NCBI GenBank assembly: GCA_040905565.1
Contig: JBBDRF010000021.1
Location: 64,001 to 128,000 of the forward strand
DNA: 64,000 nt
DNA from: Phycisphaeraceae bacterium
Lineage (GTDB): Bacteria > Planctomycetota > Phycisphaerae > Phycisphaerales > Zrk34
Reading direction: 5' to 3'
This document shows, piece after piece, positions 1 to 9,133 of this stretch (position 1 is its first letter; every line of letters starts with the position of its first letter). The position numbers and the translations under genes were made by a program. The notes beneath the pieces were generated by a model, which saw only the letters and a list, made by a program, of their open reading frames with translations, searched no databases and was not told where the DNA came from.

Positions 1-160
1 CCAGGATCGACCCATCGCGATACTTCCGCTCATCGAGCACGAGAGGCATAACGGTTTCGACGAACTCCTGCACGGCCTGCTGAAACACCTTTTCGTAAGG
101 GTTTCGCTTGACCAGGTCTTGCATGAATCGCTTGACTTCCTGCTGCACCGCGTCGGGCAT
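1..160 (-). CDS. gdhA: NADP-specific glutamate dehydrogenase, N-terminal part (runs off the window start)
   Basis: Not in the ORF track. Manual translation from ATG at 160 gives MPDAVQQEVKRFMQDLVKRNPYEKVFQQAVQEFVETVMPLVLDERKYRDGSIL, matching the GdhA N-terminal pattern 'KRNP.E..F.QAV.E.....P......KY....IL'. Starts 11 bp after the trpE stop. Confidence 0.8.
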   Translation of the reverse strand, partial: MPDAVQQEVKRFMQDLVKRNPYEKVFQQAVQEFVETVMPLVLDERKYRDGSIL

Positions 161-171
161 TGTAGACTCTT

Positions 172-1767
172 TCAGTTGCGATGTTTACCGAACGCTAAGG
201 GCATATCGGCCGTTGGCGTCCCAGTCGTGAATGACAATTCGGCGAGATCAATGGCGCGCGCCAGGGCGGCCGCTTTGTTGACGGTTTCGGCGTATTCGCT
301 GGCGGGGACGCTGTCGGCGACGATGCCCGCGCCGGCCTGCAGGTGCACACGCCAGGCCCCCGTCTGCTCGGCACCCTGCTCGGCGATGGGCGTGACGACC
401 ATCGTGCGCAGCGCGATGGCCATGTCCATGTTCCCCGCAAAATCGGCATAGCCCACGGCACCGGCGTAAGGACCGCGACGGGTCGGCTCAAGCTCATCAA
501 TGATCTGCATCGCCCGAACCTTCGGCGCCCCGGACACCGTGCCCACCGGCAGTGCTGCCCGCAACGCATCCCAGCAACTCAGCCCCTCACGCAGCTTGCC
601 CACCACCGTCGAACTGATGTGCATCACGTGGCTGTATCGCTCCACGCTCATAATGGTCGGCAGCTCGATCGTGCCCGGCTGGGCGACCTGCCCCACATCG
701 TTCCGCCCCAAGTCCACGAGCATGATGTGCTCGGCGCGCTCCTTCGCGTCCGCCAGAAGGTCACGCTCCAGGGCCAGGTCTTCCGCCTCGTTGGCGCCCC
801 GTTTCCGCGTGCCGGCAAGCGGCCGATTGGTGACCTGCCCGCCCTCAACCCGGCAGAGAATCTCCGGGCTCGAACCCACCAGCATCGTCCCCTCCGCCTG
901 CAGGTAGAACATGTAAGGCGACGGGTTCACCACCCGCAACGCGCGATAAATATCGAACGGGTCGGCGTGGGTCTGACGCTCAAAACGCTGGGACAGGACG
1001 ACCTGAAAGATGTCGCCCGAAGCGATGTATTCCTTCGCCTGCTCGACCATCTGCTCATAGCGCTGCCGCGGCATGTTCGACTGCGCGGTTTCGGTCGGCT
1101 TGATATCCAGCGCCACGTCGCCGCCCCGCATGGAAGTGGCCCCGCTGGCGAGACGCTCGACGAGGGTGTCGAGTTCGGCGCAACCGTGGCGGTAGGCCGT
1201 TTCGACCGAATCATGCTCATCAAGCAGAACGTGGTTGATCGCGAGAATGGTTTTGTGGACATGGTCGAAGGCCACGACCTGCCGATAGAGCCCGAAGTGC
1301 ATGTCCGGGAGGTGGCGATCATCGGTGGGGGGGGTGGCGAGCTTTTCACCTTCTACATAGCGCACGGTGTCGTAGCCGGCGTAACCGACCCAGCCACCGG
1401 TGAAGCTCGGCAGGGCCGCTGCGGGGGCGAGCTTCCAGTGATCGGTCAGGTGCGCCATCTCGCCGAGCGGATCGTCGGAGGTGAAGGTTTCGGTTGCCGC
1501 GCCGGTGCGACGGGTGACGCTGTTGCCGCGGGCGATCAGCTCCGCCATCGGCTGCGCGCCCATGAACGAGTAGCGCGCCTGCCGTTCGCCGCCGACCACC
1601 GATTCGAGCAGGAAGCTGGGCGCCTGACGCGGATCGCCATGCACCAGCCTGCGATAGGCGAGCACGGGCGTCAGTCCGTCGGCGAAGACCTGCCGATAGA
1701 TCGGGATAAGATTGCCCTGCTCAGCAAGCTGCTCGAACGCTTCGAAACTCGGACGATAATGCTTCAT
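172..1767 (-). CDS. trpE: Anthranilate synthase component I
   Basis: 531 aa; motifs FLLESV, GDIFQVVLSQRF, NPSPYMFY, RPLAGTRKRG, KERAEHIMLVDLGRND, GTVSGAPKVRAM, QAGAGIVADS. Confidence 0.95.
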   Translation of the reverse strand: MKHYRPSFEAFEQLAEQGNLIPIYRQVFADGLTPVLAYRRLVHGDPRQAPSFLLESVVGGERQARYSFMGAQPMAELIARGNSVTRRTGAATETFTSDDPLGEMAHLTDHWKLAPAAALPSFTGGWVGYAGYDTVRYVEGEKLATPPTDDRHLPDMHFGLYRQVVAFDHVHKTILAINHVLLDEHDSVETAYRHGCAELDTLVERLASGATSMRGGDVALDIKPTETAQSNMPRQRYEQMVEQAKEYIASGDIFQVVLSQRFERQTHADPFDIYRALRVVNPSPYMFYLQAEGTMLVGSSPEILCRVEGGQVTNRPLAGTRKRGANEAEDLALERDLLADAKERAEHIMLVDLGRNDVGQVAQPGTIELPTIMSVERYSHVMHISSTVVGKLREGLSCWDALRAALPVGTVSGAPKVRAMQIIDELEPTRRGPYAGAVGYADFAGNMDMAIALRTMVVTPIAEQGAEQTGAWRVHLQAGAGIVADSVPASEYAETVNKAAALARAIDLAELSFTTGTPTADMPLAFGKHRN

Positions 1768-1812
1768 GATCCCGCGAAGTGTACCAATCTGGCGCGGGCA
1801 TGTCTTACCGAA

Positions 1813-2082
1813 CTACGGCGTTCGCTCGGCGAGCAGGTCAGACACCAGTTGAACCGCGACGGCAAAGGCCCCGAGTGCCCCGCCGCACAGGACGCCTGCC
1901 GTCCCGCCGAGCACGACCGCGGTGCCCACCGGTTCCAGCTTCGTCCAGATCACCATCGTTTCGAAGAGCTTCGGTGCGATGTAGCCGGCGGCCAGCCCGA
2001 ACAGCCCGCCGAGCACCATGCCGCCGAGTGCGACGGCGATCACGGTGGCAGCAACCCTGCCGATCGAAAGCTTGCGTTTCAC
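1813..2082 (-). CDS. Small hypothetical membrane protein (two Gly-rich TM segments)
   Basis: 89 aa, two hydrophobic stretches; co-oriented just upstream of trpE. Confidence 0.65.
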   Translation of the reverse strand: MKRKLSIGRVAATVIAVALGGMVLGGLFGLAAGYIAPKLFETMVIWTKLEPVGTAVVLGGTAGVLCGGALGAFAVAVQLVSDLLAERTP

Positions 2083-2261
2083 GTTTCACCCCTTCGAGAC
2101 AGGCGAAGGTCGTCAGCGCCATGGCAGCCGATCGTACCACATCATTTTCGAAAACGACCGCTGCGCCGCAACATGGAACATTATTGTTGCTCGCCGGTGC
2201 CGCGCACAATATCCTCGCGTGCGGGTTCAGGCTTTTCTCTCTCAGATCCGAGGTAAAACAA

Positions 2262-4478
2262 ATGATGCGTTTGAAGGCGACCGGCTGGTTTGTGTGTCTG
2301 GCATGGGTGTTGAGTGTTTTTGTGACGCCCGTTCAGGCGGGGCCGTTGGTTGATCGCATCCCCGACGACGCGGTCGTGTACCTCGGCTGGCAGGGCACGG
2401 AGGAGATGGCGGGCTTTGATGATTCGCATTTCGCCGGTTTCCTCGAAGCGGTCGAAGTCGATCAGCTGCTGAGCGAAATGACGGTGATGCTCGAGATGTC
2501 GCCTGAGGACGCGGAGGCGTTCGCCGATGGGCTCGATGTGGCCGAGTCACTTTTCCATCGGCCGTGGGCGTTGTACGTGGGCCTGCCCAGCGGTGAGGTG
2601 GCCGGGCCGCCGACCCCCGCAGGGGGGCTGGTGGTGGAGCTCGACGCCGCTTCGCACGCCCTGGCTGAGCAGCTGCTTGCGGATATGGAAGAGCCCCTGC
2701 GCGATGTGCCGCCGGGCATGGTGAACATCCACCTTGATGAGCAGCAGTTGATCATCGGCCTGGGCAACCTTTCTCCCGCCGCTGCTGCCCGCCTCGGGCT
2801 GCCGACCGAAGGCGACGTCGAGCCTGCACCTGAACTCCGTCACGCAGCGGCCTACACCAACAGCATGGACCGGCTGACCATCGATCCCGCCGCTGCGATT
2901 TATGTCGACGTGGCCGCCCTGCTGAGCTTCGCCGAGTCGGCCCCGCTCGACGCGATGATGGGGACTGGTGCGGAGGCGGCGAAGCTAGGTGAAGTGCTCG
3001 AGGTCAGCGGTCTCAATGGGCTGCATCGTGTGGTCTGGGCCGGTGCGATCGAGCAGCAGCAGTGGCGCAGTGAAACGTTCATCGAAGCCCCCGCGCCGCG
3101 AGCGGGTCTGTTGAGCGTGCTCAACACGCAGCCGCTGGATGACAGGGTGTTCGCCTCCGTGCCGCGCACCGCTCAGTGGTTCTCCGCAAACCGATTCAAC
3201 TTCGCTGAGCTGATCCCGACCGGGCTGGATATCGCCGCCCTTTACGCCGGCGATCAGTCCGATCCGCGCGAACAGTTCAACGAAGTGATCGCGATGGGTG
3301 AGGCCATGCTCGGCGTGAACATTCGGCAGGACCTGCTCAACGGGCTCGGCGACCAGTGGCTTGTGTACGGCGACATGAGCACGCCCAGTCCGATCGGCCG
3401 GGGCTTTCTGGTCATGAACTTCGGCATCGACGCCGATCGGCTGCCTACCACGATCGACAAGCTCGCGGCTGTCGGCGCCCAGCAGCTCGCGGCGATGGAG
3501 ATTCCCTTTCAGCTTCAGCAGCGTGAGATGGCGGGGGGCAAGGTGCATTACCTCAACACGCCCCTCGTGAACCCCGGGCTGATGACACACGAAGATCGGC
3601 TGCTGATCGCCATGACCACGCAGACGCTTCGCACCCGATTGCAGAACGAGGAGTTCGACGTCGCCCCCATCACCGCCCACCCCGCCTATACCGAACTGAT
3701 GGAACGGCTGGACGCGCCGGGCCCGTCGAGCGTCGCCTACGCTGACCTGCCGCGGACGATGGTCGATTTGCTTGATGAGCTCAACATGGGGCTGGCGATG
3801 CTGGCGCAGGAGGAGCCGATGGCGGGCCGCGTTCTGGCGAACCTGCCGCGCGCCGGCGACCTCGCCCCGCACCTTACGCCGATGGCGCGGGTCGGGTGGT
3901 CCGACGACGCCGGCTACCACAACCGATCTATTCAGCCGTTCCCCTTCTCCGACGCCTTCGCACCCAACGGGATGATCGGGCCACTCACTGTGGGGGGCGG
4001 ATCCATGGGGGTCGCGATTCTCCTGCCGGCGGTGGGCAATGCACGCGAGGAAGCGAAGGAGGTCTCCAGCGCTCAGAACATGCGTGGCATTTATATCGCC
4101 TGCTTCGCCTACGCCGCAGACAACGACGGCCGCATGCCTGCGCAACTTGGGATTCTCCACGGCTACGCCCGACCGAAGGAGTTCCTGAACCCCCGCCTCG
4201 GGGATGGGCCGCCCGTTCCGCAGCGGCCCGCGGAGGAGCTGGCCGACTGGGTGAGCGAGAACAGTGATTACGTCTATCTCGCAGCCGACGCGAAAGTCGA
4301 CGACCTCGCCCCCGACGAGATCGTGCTCTACGAGCGGCTGGACCCGGAACTCGCAGACGGCATCAACATCGGATTCGGCGACGGGCGTGTTCAATACCTG
4401 CCCTTCGATGAAGCGGTGCCGCTGCTCGACGAAGCCGGCGAACCGATCCCCGACCATCTCCAACACTTCCGCCGGTGA
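2262..4478 (+). CDS. Exported protein: large unknown N-terminal domain fused to a C-terminal DUF1559/H-X9-DG-like pilin module
   Basis: ATG at 2262 after GAGG; signal peptide ending VQA-G; C-terminal AILLPAVGNAREEAK...NMRGIYIACFAYAADNDGRMP and GINIGFGDGRV. Confidence 0.75.
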   Translation: MMRLKATGWFVCLAWVLSVFVTPVQAGPLVDRIPDDAVVYLGWQGTEEMAGFDDSHFAGFLEAVEVDQLLSEMTVMLEMSPEDAEAFADGLDVAESLFHRPWALYVGLPSGEVAGPPTPAGGLVVELDAASHALAEQLLADMEEPLRDVPPGMVNIHLDEQQLIIGLGNLSPAAAARLGLPTEGDVEPAPELRHAAAYTNSMDRLTIDPAAAIYVDVAALLSFAESAPLDAMMGTGAEAAKLGEVLEVSGLNGLHRVVWAGAIEQQQWRSETFIEAPAPRAGLLSVLNTQPLDDRVFASVPRTAQWFSANRFNFAELIPTGLDIAALYAGDQSDPREQFNEVIAMGEAMLGVNIRQDLLNGLGDQWLVYGDMSTPSPIGRGFLVMNFGIDADRLPTTIDKLAAVGAQQLAAMEIPFQLQQREMAGGKVHYLNTPLVNPGLMTHEDRLLIAMTTQTLRTRLQNEEFDVAPITAHPAYTELMERLDAPGPSSVAYADLPRTMVDLLDELNMGLAMLAQEEPMAGRVLANLPRAGDLAPHLTPMARVGWSDDAGYHNRSIQPFPFSDAFAPNGMIGPLTVGGGSMGVAILLPAVGNAREEAKEVSSAQNMRGIYIACFAYAADNDGRMPAQLGILHGYARPKEFLNPRLGDGPPVPQRPAEELADWVSENSDYVYLAADAKVDDLAPDEIVLYERLDPELADGINIGFGDGRVQYLPFDEAVPLLDEAGEPIPDHLQHFRR

Positions 4479-4534
4479 GGGCGAGGGCGATTGTGTCGGC
4501 GGCGTGAGCGTTGAGCCGATGATATTCACCATTC

Positions 4535-4834
4535 ATGGCTGGTTTGAAGATCGCAAATACGGAAGTCGGCGTCGCGTTCGACGTAAAGGTCGTGCCCAAC
4601 TCTCGGGCCGATGCGATCGTCGGGCTGCTCGGCGACGCGTTGAAGGTCAAGGTCGCTGCCCCGCCGGAAGCCGGGAGAGCCAACCGGGCGGTGTGCGATC
4701 TGCTGGCGGCGACGCTGGGCGTACCGCGGGCGGCGGTGACGGTGGTGGCCGGGCCTACCAGTCCGCGGAAGCGAATTGTCGTCGCCGGTCTTGACGCCGC
4801 CGCTTTGCAGACGAAACTGGACGCGTTCACCTGA
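4535..4834 (+). CDS. DUF167 (YggU/UPF0235) family protein
   Basis: VKVVPNSR..AIVG..GDALKVKVAAPPEAGRANRA...G.TS.RK signature, 99 aa. Confidence 0.9.
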   Translation: MAGLKIANTEVGVAFDVKVVPNSRADAIVGLLGDALKVKVAAPPEAGRANRAVCDLLAATLGVPRAAVTVVAGPTSPRKRIVVAGLDAAALQTKLDAFT

Positions 4835-4907
4835 CCGCCCTGCGGCACACGTCCGCCGATTCACCCGATTGCCTTCGCGAAAATCGCCAAGGAAGGAGCC
4901 TGACGCG

Positions 4908-6185
4908 ATGTTGAGTTTCACGATGATGGTCCGCAACTCCAGAACCGCCCTGACGGCGGCGATGGTCGCACTGCTTCTGATCGCCCCCGCTTGTCAGCAG
5001 GCTGAGCAGGTGGAGCCGGATTACAACCGCCCGCTGCCGCCGGGTGCGTCGGCCCTTCGGCTGCTGCTGGATCAGTCGCAATGGCCCGATCTGGTCGCCG
5101 CTTACGAAGCAGGCGACGGCGAGCTGGAAGCGGCCCTGGACCGCTCGATCACCTGGTTTGAGCGTCCCTCCTCCAAGAGCTTTTTCCCGCTGGGCGATGT
5201 GACGCACCTTCGCGCCAAGACCAGCGTTTACGCCTTCCGCGAGTTGCTGCGTGAGGCGGGATCGGCTTCGGAGTTCGACCAGATGCTCCGTGAGCAGTTT
5301 CACTGTTACACCAGCGTCGGCTATGACGATCGCGGCAGCGTGCTCTACACCGGCTATTTCACGCCCATCTTCGAAGGCAGCCTCACGAAGACCGACGTCT
5401 ACCGTTACCCGCTCTACAAGCGGCCGCCCGACCTTGTCACCGAAGAACTCAGCGGCAAGCCGCTCGGCCGTGATGTCGATGGTGAGATCGTCCCCTGGCC
5501 CCCGCGTGCGGAGCTGGAGGAATCGGGCCTGCTTGATGGGCTCGAGCTCGTTTACGTCGCCGACCGTTTCGATGCGTACATCATCCACGTCAACGGCTCC
5601 GCCCGGATCGATCTCGCAGACGGCGGCAGCATGTACATCGGGTATGCCGGCAAGACCGACGCGGAGTACCAGGGCATCGGGGCGGCACTGCTGGAAGAGG
5701 GCGTCTTCACGCCCGAACGCCTCAGCCTGCCCGCGATCCGTGAATACTTCACGGAGAACCCGCACCTGCAGCAGCAGTACATCAACCGCAACGAAAGCTA
5801 CGTCTTTTTCGACGAGTACGACGGTGCGAACTGGCCCGCCGGTTCGATCGGCGTGAAGGTGGCGGACAAACGTTCACTCGCGACGGACAAGAGCGTGTTC
5901 CCGCGGGCCGGCGTCGTGGTGGCGGACACCATGATCCCCACGCACGACGGCTCGCAGCGGCCGTTCACGCAGTTCATGCTCGATCAGGACACCGGCGGCG
6001 CGATCCGTGCCGCAGGCCGGGGCGATATCTACATGGGCATCGGCGACGGCGCGGAAACGCTCGCCGGCCGCCAGTTCGCCGAGGGCAGGCTGTATTACTT
6101 CTTTCTCCGACATGAGTACGTCCTCGACTGGCGCGAGCGCATGAGCGGCCAACCCGAACCCGCCGCAGACGACGACTACCGCTGA
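4908..6185 (+). CDS. mltA: Membrane-bound lytic murein transglycosylase A (lipoprotein)
   Basis: ATG after AAGGAG; lipobox-like LIAPA-C; TGYFTP, YPLYKRP, IHVNGS, N.SYVFF, RSLATD and catalytic QDTGGAI..GRGDIYMG.G. Confidence 0.88.
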   Translation: MLSFTMMVRNSRTALTAAMVALLLIAPACQQAEQVEPDYNRPLPPGASALRLLLDQSQWPDLVAAYEAGDGELEAALDRSITWFERPSSKSFFPLGDVTHLRAKTSVYAFRELLREAGSASEFDQMLREQFHCYTSVGYDDRGSVLYTGYFTPIFEGSLTKTDVYRYPLYKRPPDLVTEELSGKPLGRDVDGEIVPWPPRAELEESGLLDGLELVYVADRFDAYIIHVNGSARIDLADGGSMYIGYAGKTDAEYQGIGAALLEEGVFTPERLSLPAIREYFTENPHLQQQYINRNESYVFFDEYDGANWPAGSIGVKVADKRSLATDKSVFPRAGVVVADTMIPTHDGSQRPFTQFMLDQDTGGAIRAAGRGDIYMGIGDGAETLAGRQFAEGRLYYFFLRHEYVLDWRERMSGQPEPAADDDYR

Positions 6186-6243
6186 CAATCAAAGAAAAGC
6201 AGCGCAGGCGGTGGGCGTCGACGCGGACGGGTAAGATGGGGCC

Positions 6244-7548
6244 ATGGACAAAGCGGCGTGTTATCAGGATGCAAAGGAGACCGAACCGGGCGCGCCGGTG
6301 CGGGCGGTGGTGGTGTTGCCAACTTATAACAACGCAACCACCGTGGAGGATGTTCTGGACCGGGTCGCGGCGCTCGGTCTGGCGATGGTCGCTGTGAATG
6401 ACGGCAGCACCGACGGCACGGCCAGTCGGCTGGCGGCGTGGGCGACGGCGCATCAGGCCTGCGGTTTGATTGTGCTGGAGCATGCGACGAATCGTGGTAA
6501 AGCGGCTGCCATGCAGACGGGGTTCGCCCACGCGAGCGGCATGGGCTACAGCCATGCGATCACGATCGACACAGACGGCCAACTGGATCCGGAAGACATT
6601 CCCAAGCTCCTGGCGAAGGCGGAGGAGAATCCTCGCGCGCTGGTAGTCGGTCGGCGGACCGTGAACATCGCAGGGTATCCGTGGCGCAGCCGAGTGGGGC
6701 GAACGCTTTCGAATCTTGGTATACGTCTCGCGTCCGGCGTGAGGGTCGCCGACAGCCAATGCGGCTTGCGGGTGTATCCGCTGGGGCTGATCGAGGCGGT
6801 ACGGTGCGGGTCGGGACGGTATGCCTTCGAGACGGAGATACTGGCGCGGGCCGGCTGGGCGGGATGTCCGGTCGTGGAGGTGCCCGTGACGAGCCGGTAT
6901 GAGCAGCCGGAGGGGCGGGTGAGTCACTTTCGGCCGATCATGGACACGGTGCGGGGATTGCTGCTTCAGGTGCGCTTGTTGGGGCGTGCGTTGTCGCCGT
7001 GGCCGCACCGCGTGCGATGGCCTGAGCGGCCGCAGCAGAGAAAGCGGCAGAGGCCGGTGGGATGGCGCGTGCGGCGGCGGCGCATCTGGCGATGGATCAA
7101 TCCGATGCAATGCTGGCGTGAAATTCGCGCGGGTGAGGCCGGACGTTTGAGTACGGCTGCGGCGCTGGGCATCGGGGCGTTCATTGCGAACCTCCCGGCT
7201 TATGGGTTTCAGACGCTGATGGCGTTATATGTCGCGCGCCGACTTCATTTGCATCCGGTGGCGGTGGTGGGAGGGTCGAACCTTTCGACGCCGCCGATTG
7301 GGCCTGTGCTGATCGCCTCGGCGATCGCGGTGGGGCATTTTCTGCTCAATGGATCGATGCCGACGCTGAAAGATTACGACTTGACGGCGAGTGCCGATGA
7401 CGCGGCGCTTCTGGCACGTGTGCTGCTGGAGTGGGGGCTCGGCTCGCTGATCGTCGGCTTCGTATGCATGGTGCTGGTGACGCTGGGAGCGCTGGCGGTG
7501 TTCTGGCTGGTCCCGGCTGACAAGGATGCCAAGGCAGATAACGGTTGA
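6244..7548 (+). CDS. GT2 glycosyltransferase fused to a C-terminal DUF2062 membrane domain
   Basis: LPTYNN, VNDGSTDGT, NRGKAAA, TIDTDGQ, DSQCGLRVYP, YAFETEIL, SHFRP; C-terminal AAALGIGAFIANLP.YG.QT...SN.S.PP typical of DUF2062. This fusion is typical of aryl-polyene/flexirubin-type clusters. Confidence 0.88.
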   Translation: MDKAACYQDAKETEPGAPVRAVVVLPTYNNATTVEDVLDRVAALGLAMVAVNDGSTDGTASRLAAWATAHQACGLIVLEHATNRGKAAAMQTGFAHASGMGYSHAITIDTDGQLDPEDIPKLLAKAEENPRALVVGRRTVNIAGYPWRSRVGRTLSNLGIRLASGVRVADSQCGLRVYPLGLIEAVRCGSGRYAFETEILARAGWAGCPVVEVPVTSRYEQPEGRVSHFRPIMDTVRGLLLQVRLLGRALSPWPHRVRWPERPQQRKRQRPVGWRVRRRRIWRWINPMQCWREIRAGEAGRLSTAAALGIGAFIANLPAYGFQTLMALYVARRLHLHPVAVVGGSNLSTPPIGPVLIASAIAVGHFLLNGSMPTLKDYDLTASADDAALLARVLLEWGLGSLIVGFVCMVLVTLGALAVFWLVPADKDAKADNG

Positions 7549-7655
7549 CAGTACGGGAGCGGTTTGGGACGCTACACTTTGCGCCGCTTCATAGGTGCGT
7601 ATTCATTTCGCGAGGTCGTCCGGCTCGCGATCGCCTGCTTTTTCTAGGATGAGCC

Positions 7656-8402
7656 ATGTCGGAGGCTGGTGCTGTCACATCGACGGTCGATCGCGTGCGG
7701 CTGATGCTGCGTGAGGACCTGAAGTTGGGGGACGACGTGGTCGTCGAGCCGGACATGCCGCTGTTTGGAGGCGAACTTGATCTGGACTCGCTGGACGTGC
7801 TGCTATTGGTCAGCAGCATTGAGAAGGCGTTCAAGATAAAAATTCCAAACGAGGACGTCGGCCGTCAGGTGTTCACGAGCGTCCGCACCCTGGCGGATTA
7901 TCTGGACGCCAAAGGGGCGAAGGCCGACGGCGAGCCGGATGCACAACAAGATGCCGCGGCGATGGATGGTGAGGCGCTGCTGACGCAGTTGCCGCACGGT
8001 GAGGGGTTCCGTTTTGTGGATCGCATCGAGGCGATGGCCGTGGGGCGCGCGGGGCGGGGCGTGTGGGTGGTGAATGGTGAAGAGGCTTTCTTTGCGGGGC
8101 ATTTTCCGGGGCGGGCAATCGTGCCTGGGGTTCTGATCAGCGAGGCGTTGGCGCAGCTTTCGGGCATCGTCGGATTGCAGACGCAAGGGGAAGACGGCAG
8201 CGTGACGAATTGGCACGGGGGCCAGTTGGCCCACGTGGATGTGCGGTTCCGTGAGGAAGTGAAGCCGCCTGCGGAGTTGGTGCTGGACAGTCGTATGGTC
8301 AAAGTGCTGGGTGCTTTGCAGCACTTTGAAGTCCGAGCGACCGTGGCGGGGAACGTGGTGGCGGAGGGCACGGTGGCGCTGAACCGTCGGAGCGGATCGT
8401 GA
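7656..8402 (+). CDS. Acyl carrier protein fused to a FabZ-type 3-hydroxyacyl-ACP dehydratase
   Basis: N-terminal ACP with LFGGELDLDSLD (phosphopantetheine Ser); linker; LPH...FRFVDRI, FFAGHFPG..IVPGVLISEALAQ hot-dog dehydratase motif. Confidence 0.88.
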   Translation: MSEAGAVTSTVDRVRLMLREDLKLGDDVVVEPDMPLFGGELDLDSLDVLLLVSSIEKAFKIKIPNEDVGRQVFTSVRTLADYLDAKGAKADGEPDAQQDAAAMDGEALLTQLPHGEGFRFVDRIEAMAVGRAGRGVWVVNGEEAFFAGHFPGRAIVPGVLISEALAQLSGIVGLQTQGEDGSVTNWHGGQLAHVDVRFREEVKPPAELVLDSRMVKVLGALQHFEVRATVAGNVVAEGTVALNRRSGS

Positions 8403-9133
8403 TTCGGGCCGTGCCGCTGAGCGTGACGCTGTTGGCGGGGATGTTGCTGACGCTGTCGCTGGTGGTCGCCGATGAGGGCGCGGCGCCAGAGGGGATTGCG
8501 CCAGAGTTATGGCATCGGCTGAGCGAGATCGACGCGCGCGGGGCGGAAATCGAAACACTGATCGCGGACGTGGTCCAGGAGAAGCACACGCTGCTGTTGC
8601 GTCGTCCGTTGCGATCGAGCGGGCGCGTCTGGGTGCGAGGGGAGACGATGCGGTGGGACACGCGGGAGCCTCGTGAAACGCAGATGCTGGTGACGCCCAG
8701 CGAGGTGCAGCTTTATTACCCCGAGCAGGCGTTGCTGGAGATCTACCCGGTGGATGAGCGGCTGGGTGAACTGACTGCGTCGCCGTTGCCGAGGCTTAAG
8801 ACGATGGCTGAACATTTCGTCATCACGGAGGAGCCGGTCGCCGAGTTGCTGGAGCAGGAGCCGACGCTTGAGGGCGTGGAAGATGTGGCGTTTGTGGCGT
8901 TGCGGTTAACGCCACGCGACGAGGCGTTGGCTGAGCATATGGAGCGGGTGGAGGTGCTGCTGGAACCCGGCCGTGCGGTGGCGCGGCGGCTGGTGATGGT
9001 CGACGCCGACGGCGAACGCACCGTCATTACCTTCAATCAACTGCGTCTGAATGAGGACGTCGAGGAGTCGCACTTCGAACTCAGTGTCCCACTGGAAACA
9101 CGCATCGTTCGGGCCCTGGAGGGTGGGTCGTGA
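8399..9133 (+). CDS. LolA-family periplasmic lipid/lipoprotein carrier
   Basis: Signal peptide; QEKH..LL..PL.SSG......MRWD..EP; C-terminal T.ITF....LNE.V....F...VP; GTGA overlap with the upstream gene. Confidence 0.82.
   Translation: MIRAVPLSVTLLAGMLLTLSLVVADEGAAPEGIAPELWHRLSEIDARGAEIETLIADVVQEKHTLLLRRPLRSSGRVWVRGETMRWDTREPRETQMLVTPSEVQLYYPEQALLEIYPVDERLGELTASPLPRLKTMAEHFVITEEPVAELLEQEPTLEGVEDVAFVALRLTPRDEALAEHMERVEVLLEPGRAVARRLVMVDADGERTVITFNQLRLNEDVEESHFELSVPLETRIVRALEGGS

Noticed and set aside
172..1767. trpE as part of the chorismatase cluster (shared chorismate substrate)
   Set aside because: Opposite strand, separated by unrelated genes, directly upstream of gdhA, and looks like an ordinary TrpE.
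343..2256. Long antisense/alternative-frame ORFs (e.g. 343-2256, 2985-4532, 13324-14805, 34736-36190, 40821-42104)
   Set aside because: They shadow well-supported genes on the other strand and have no recognisable motifs; such ORFs are expected in high-GC DNA.
4908..6185. MltA as a surprise in a planctomycete
   Set aside because: Peptidoglycan in Planctomycetota is established; this is an ordinary housekeeping gene.
7545..7578. TTGACA...TACACT as an internal promoter before ACP-FabZ
   Set aside because: The spacer is 22 nt, too long for sigma70, and the TTGACA overlaps the upstream stop codon.
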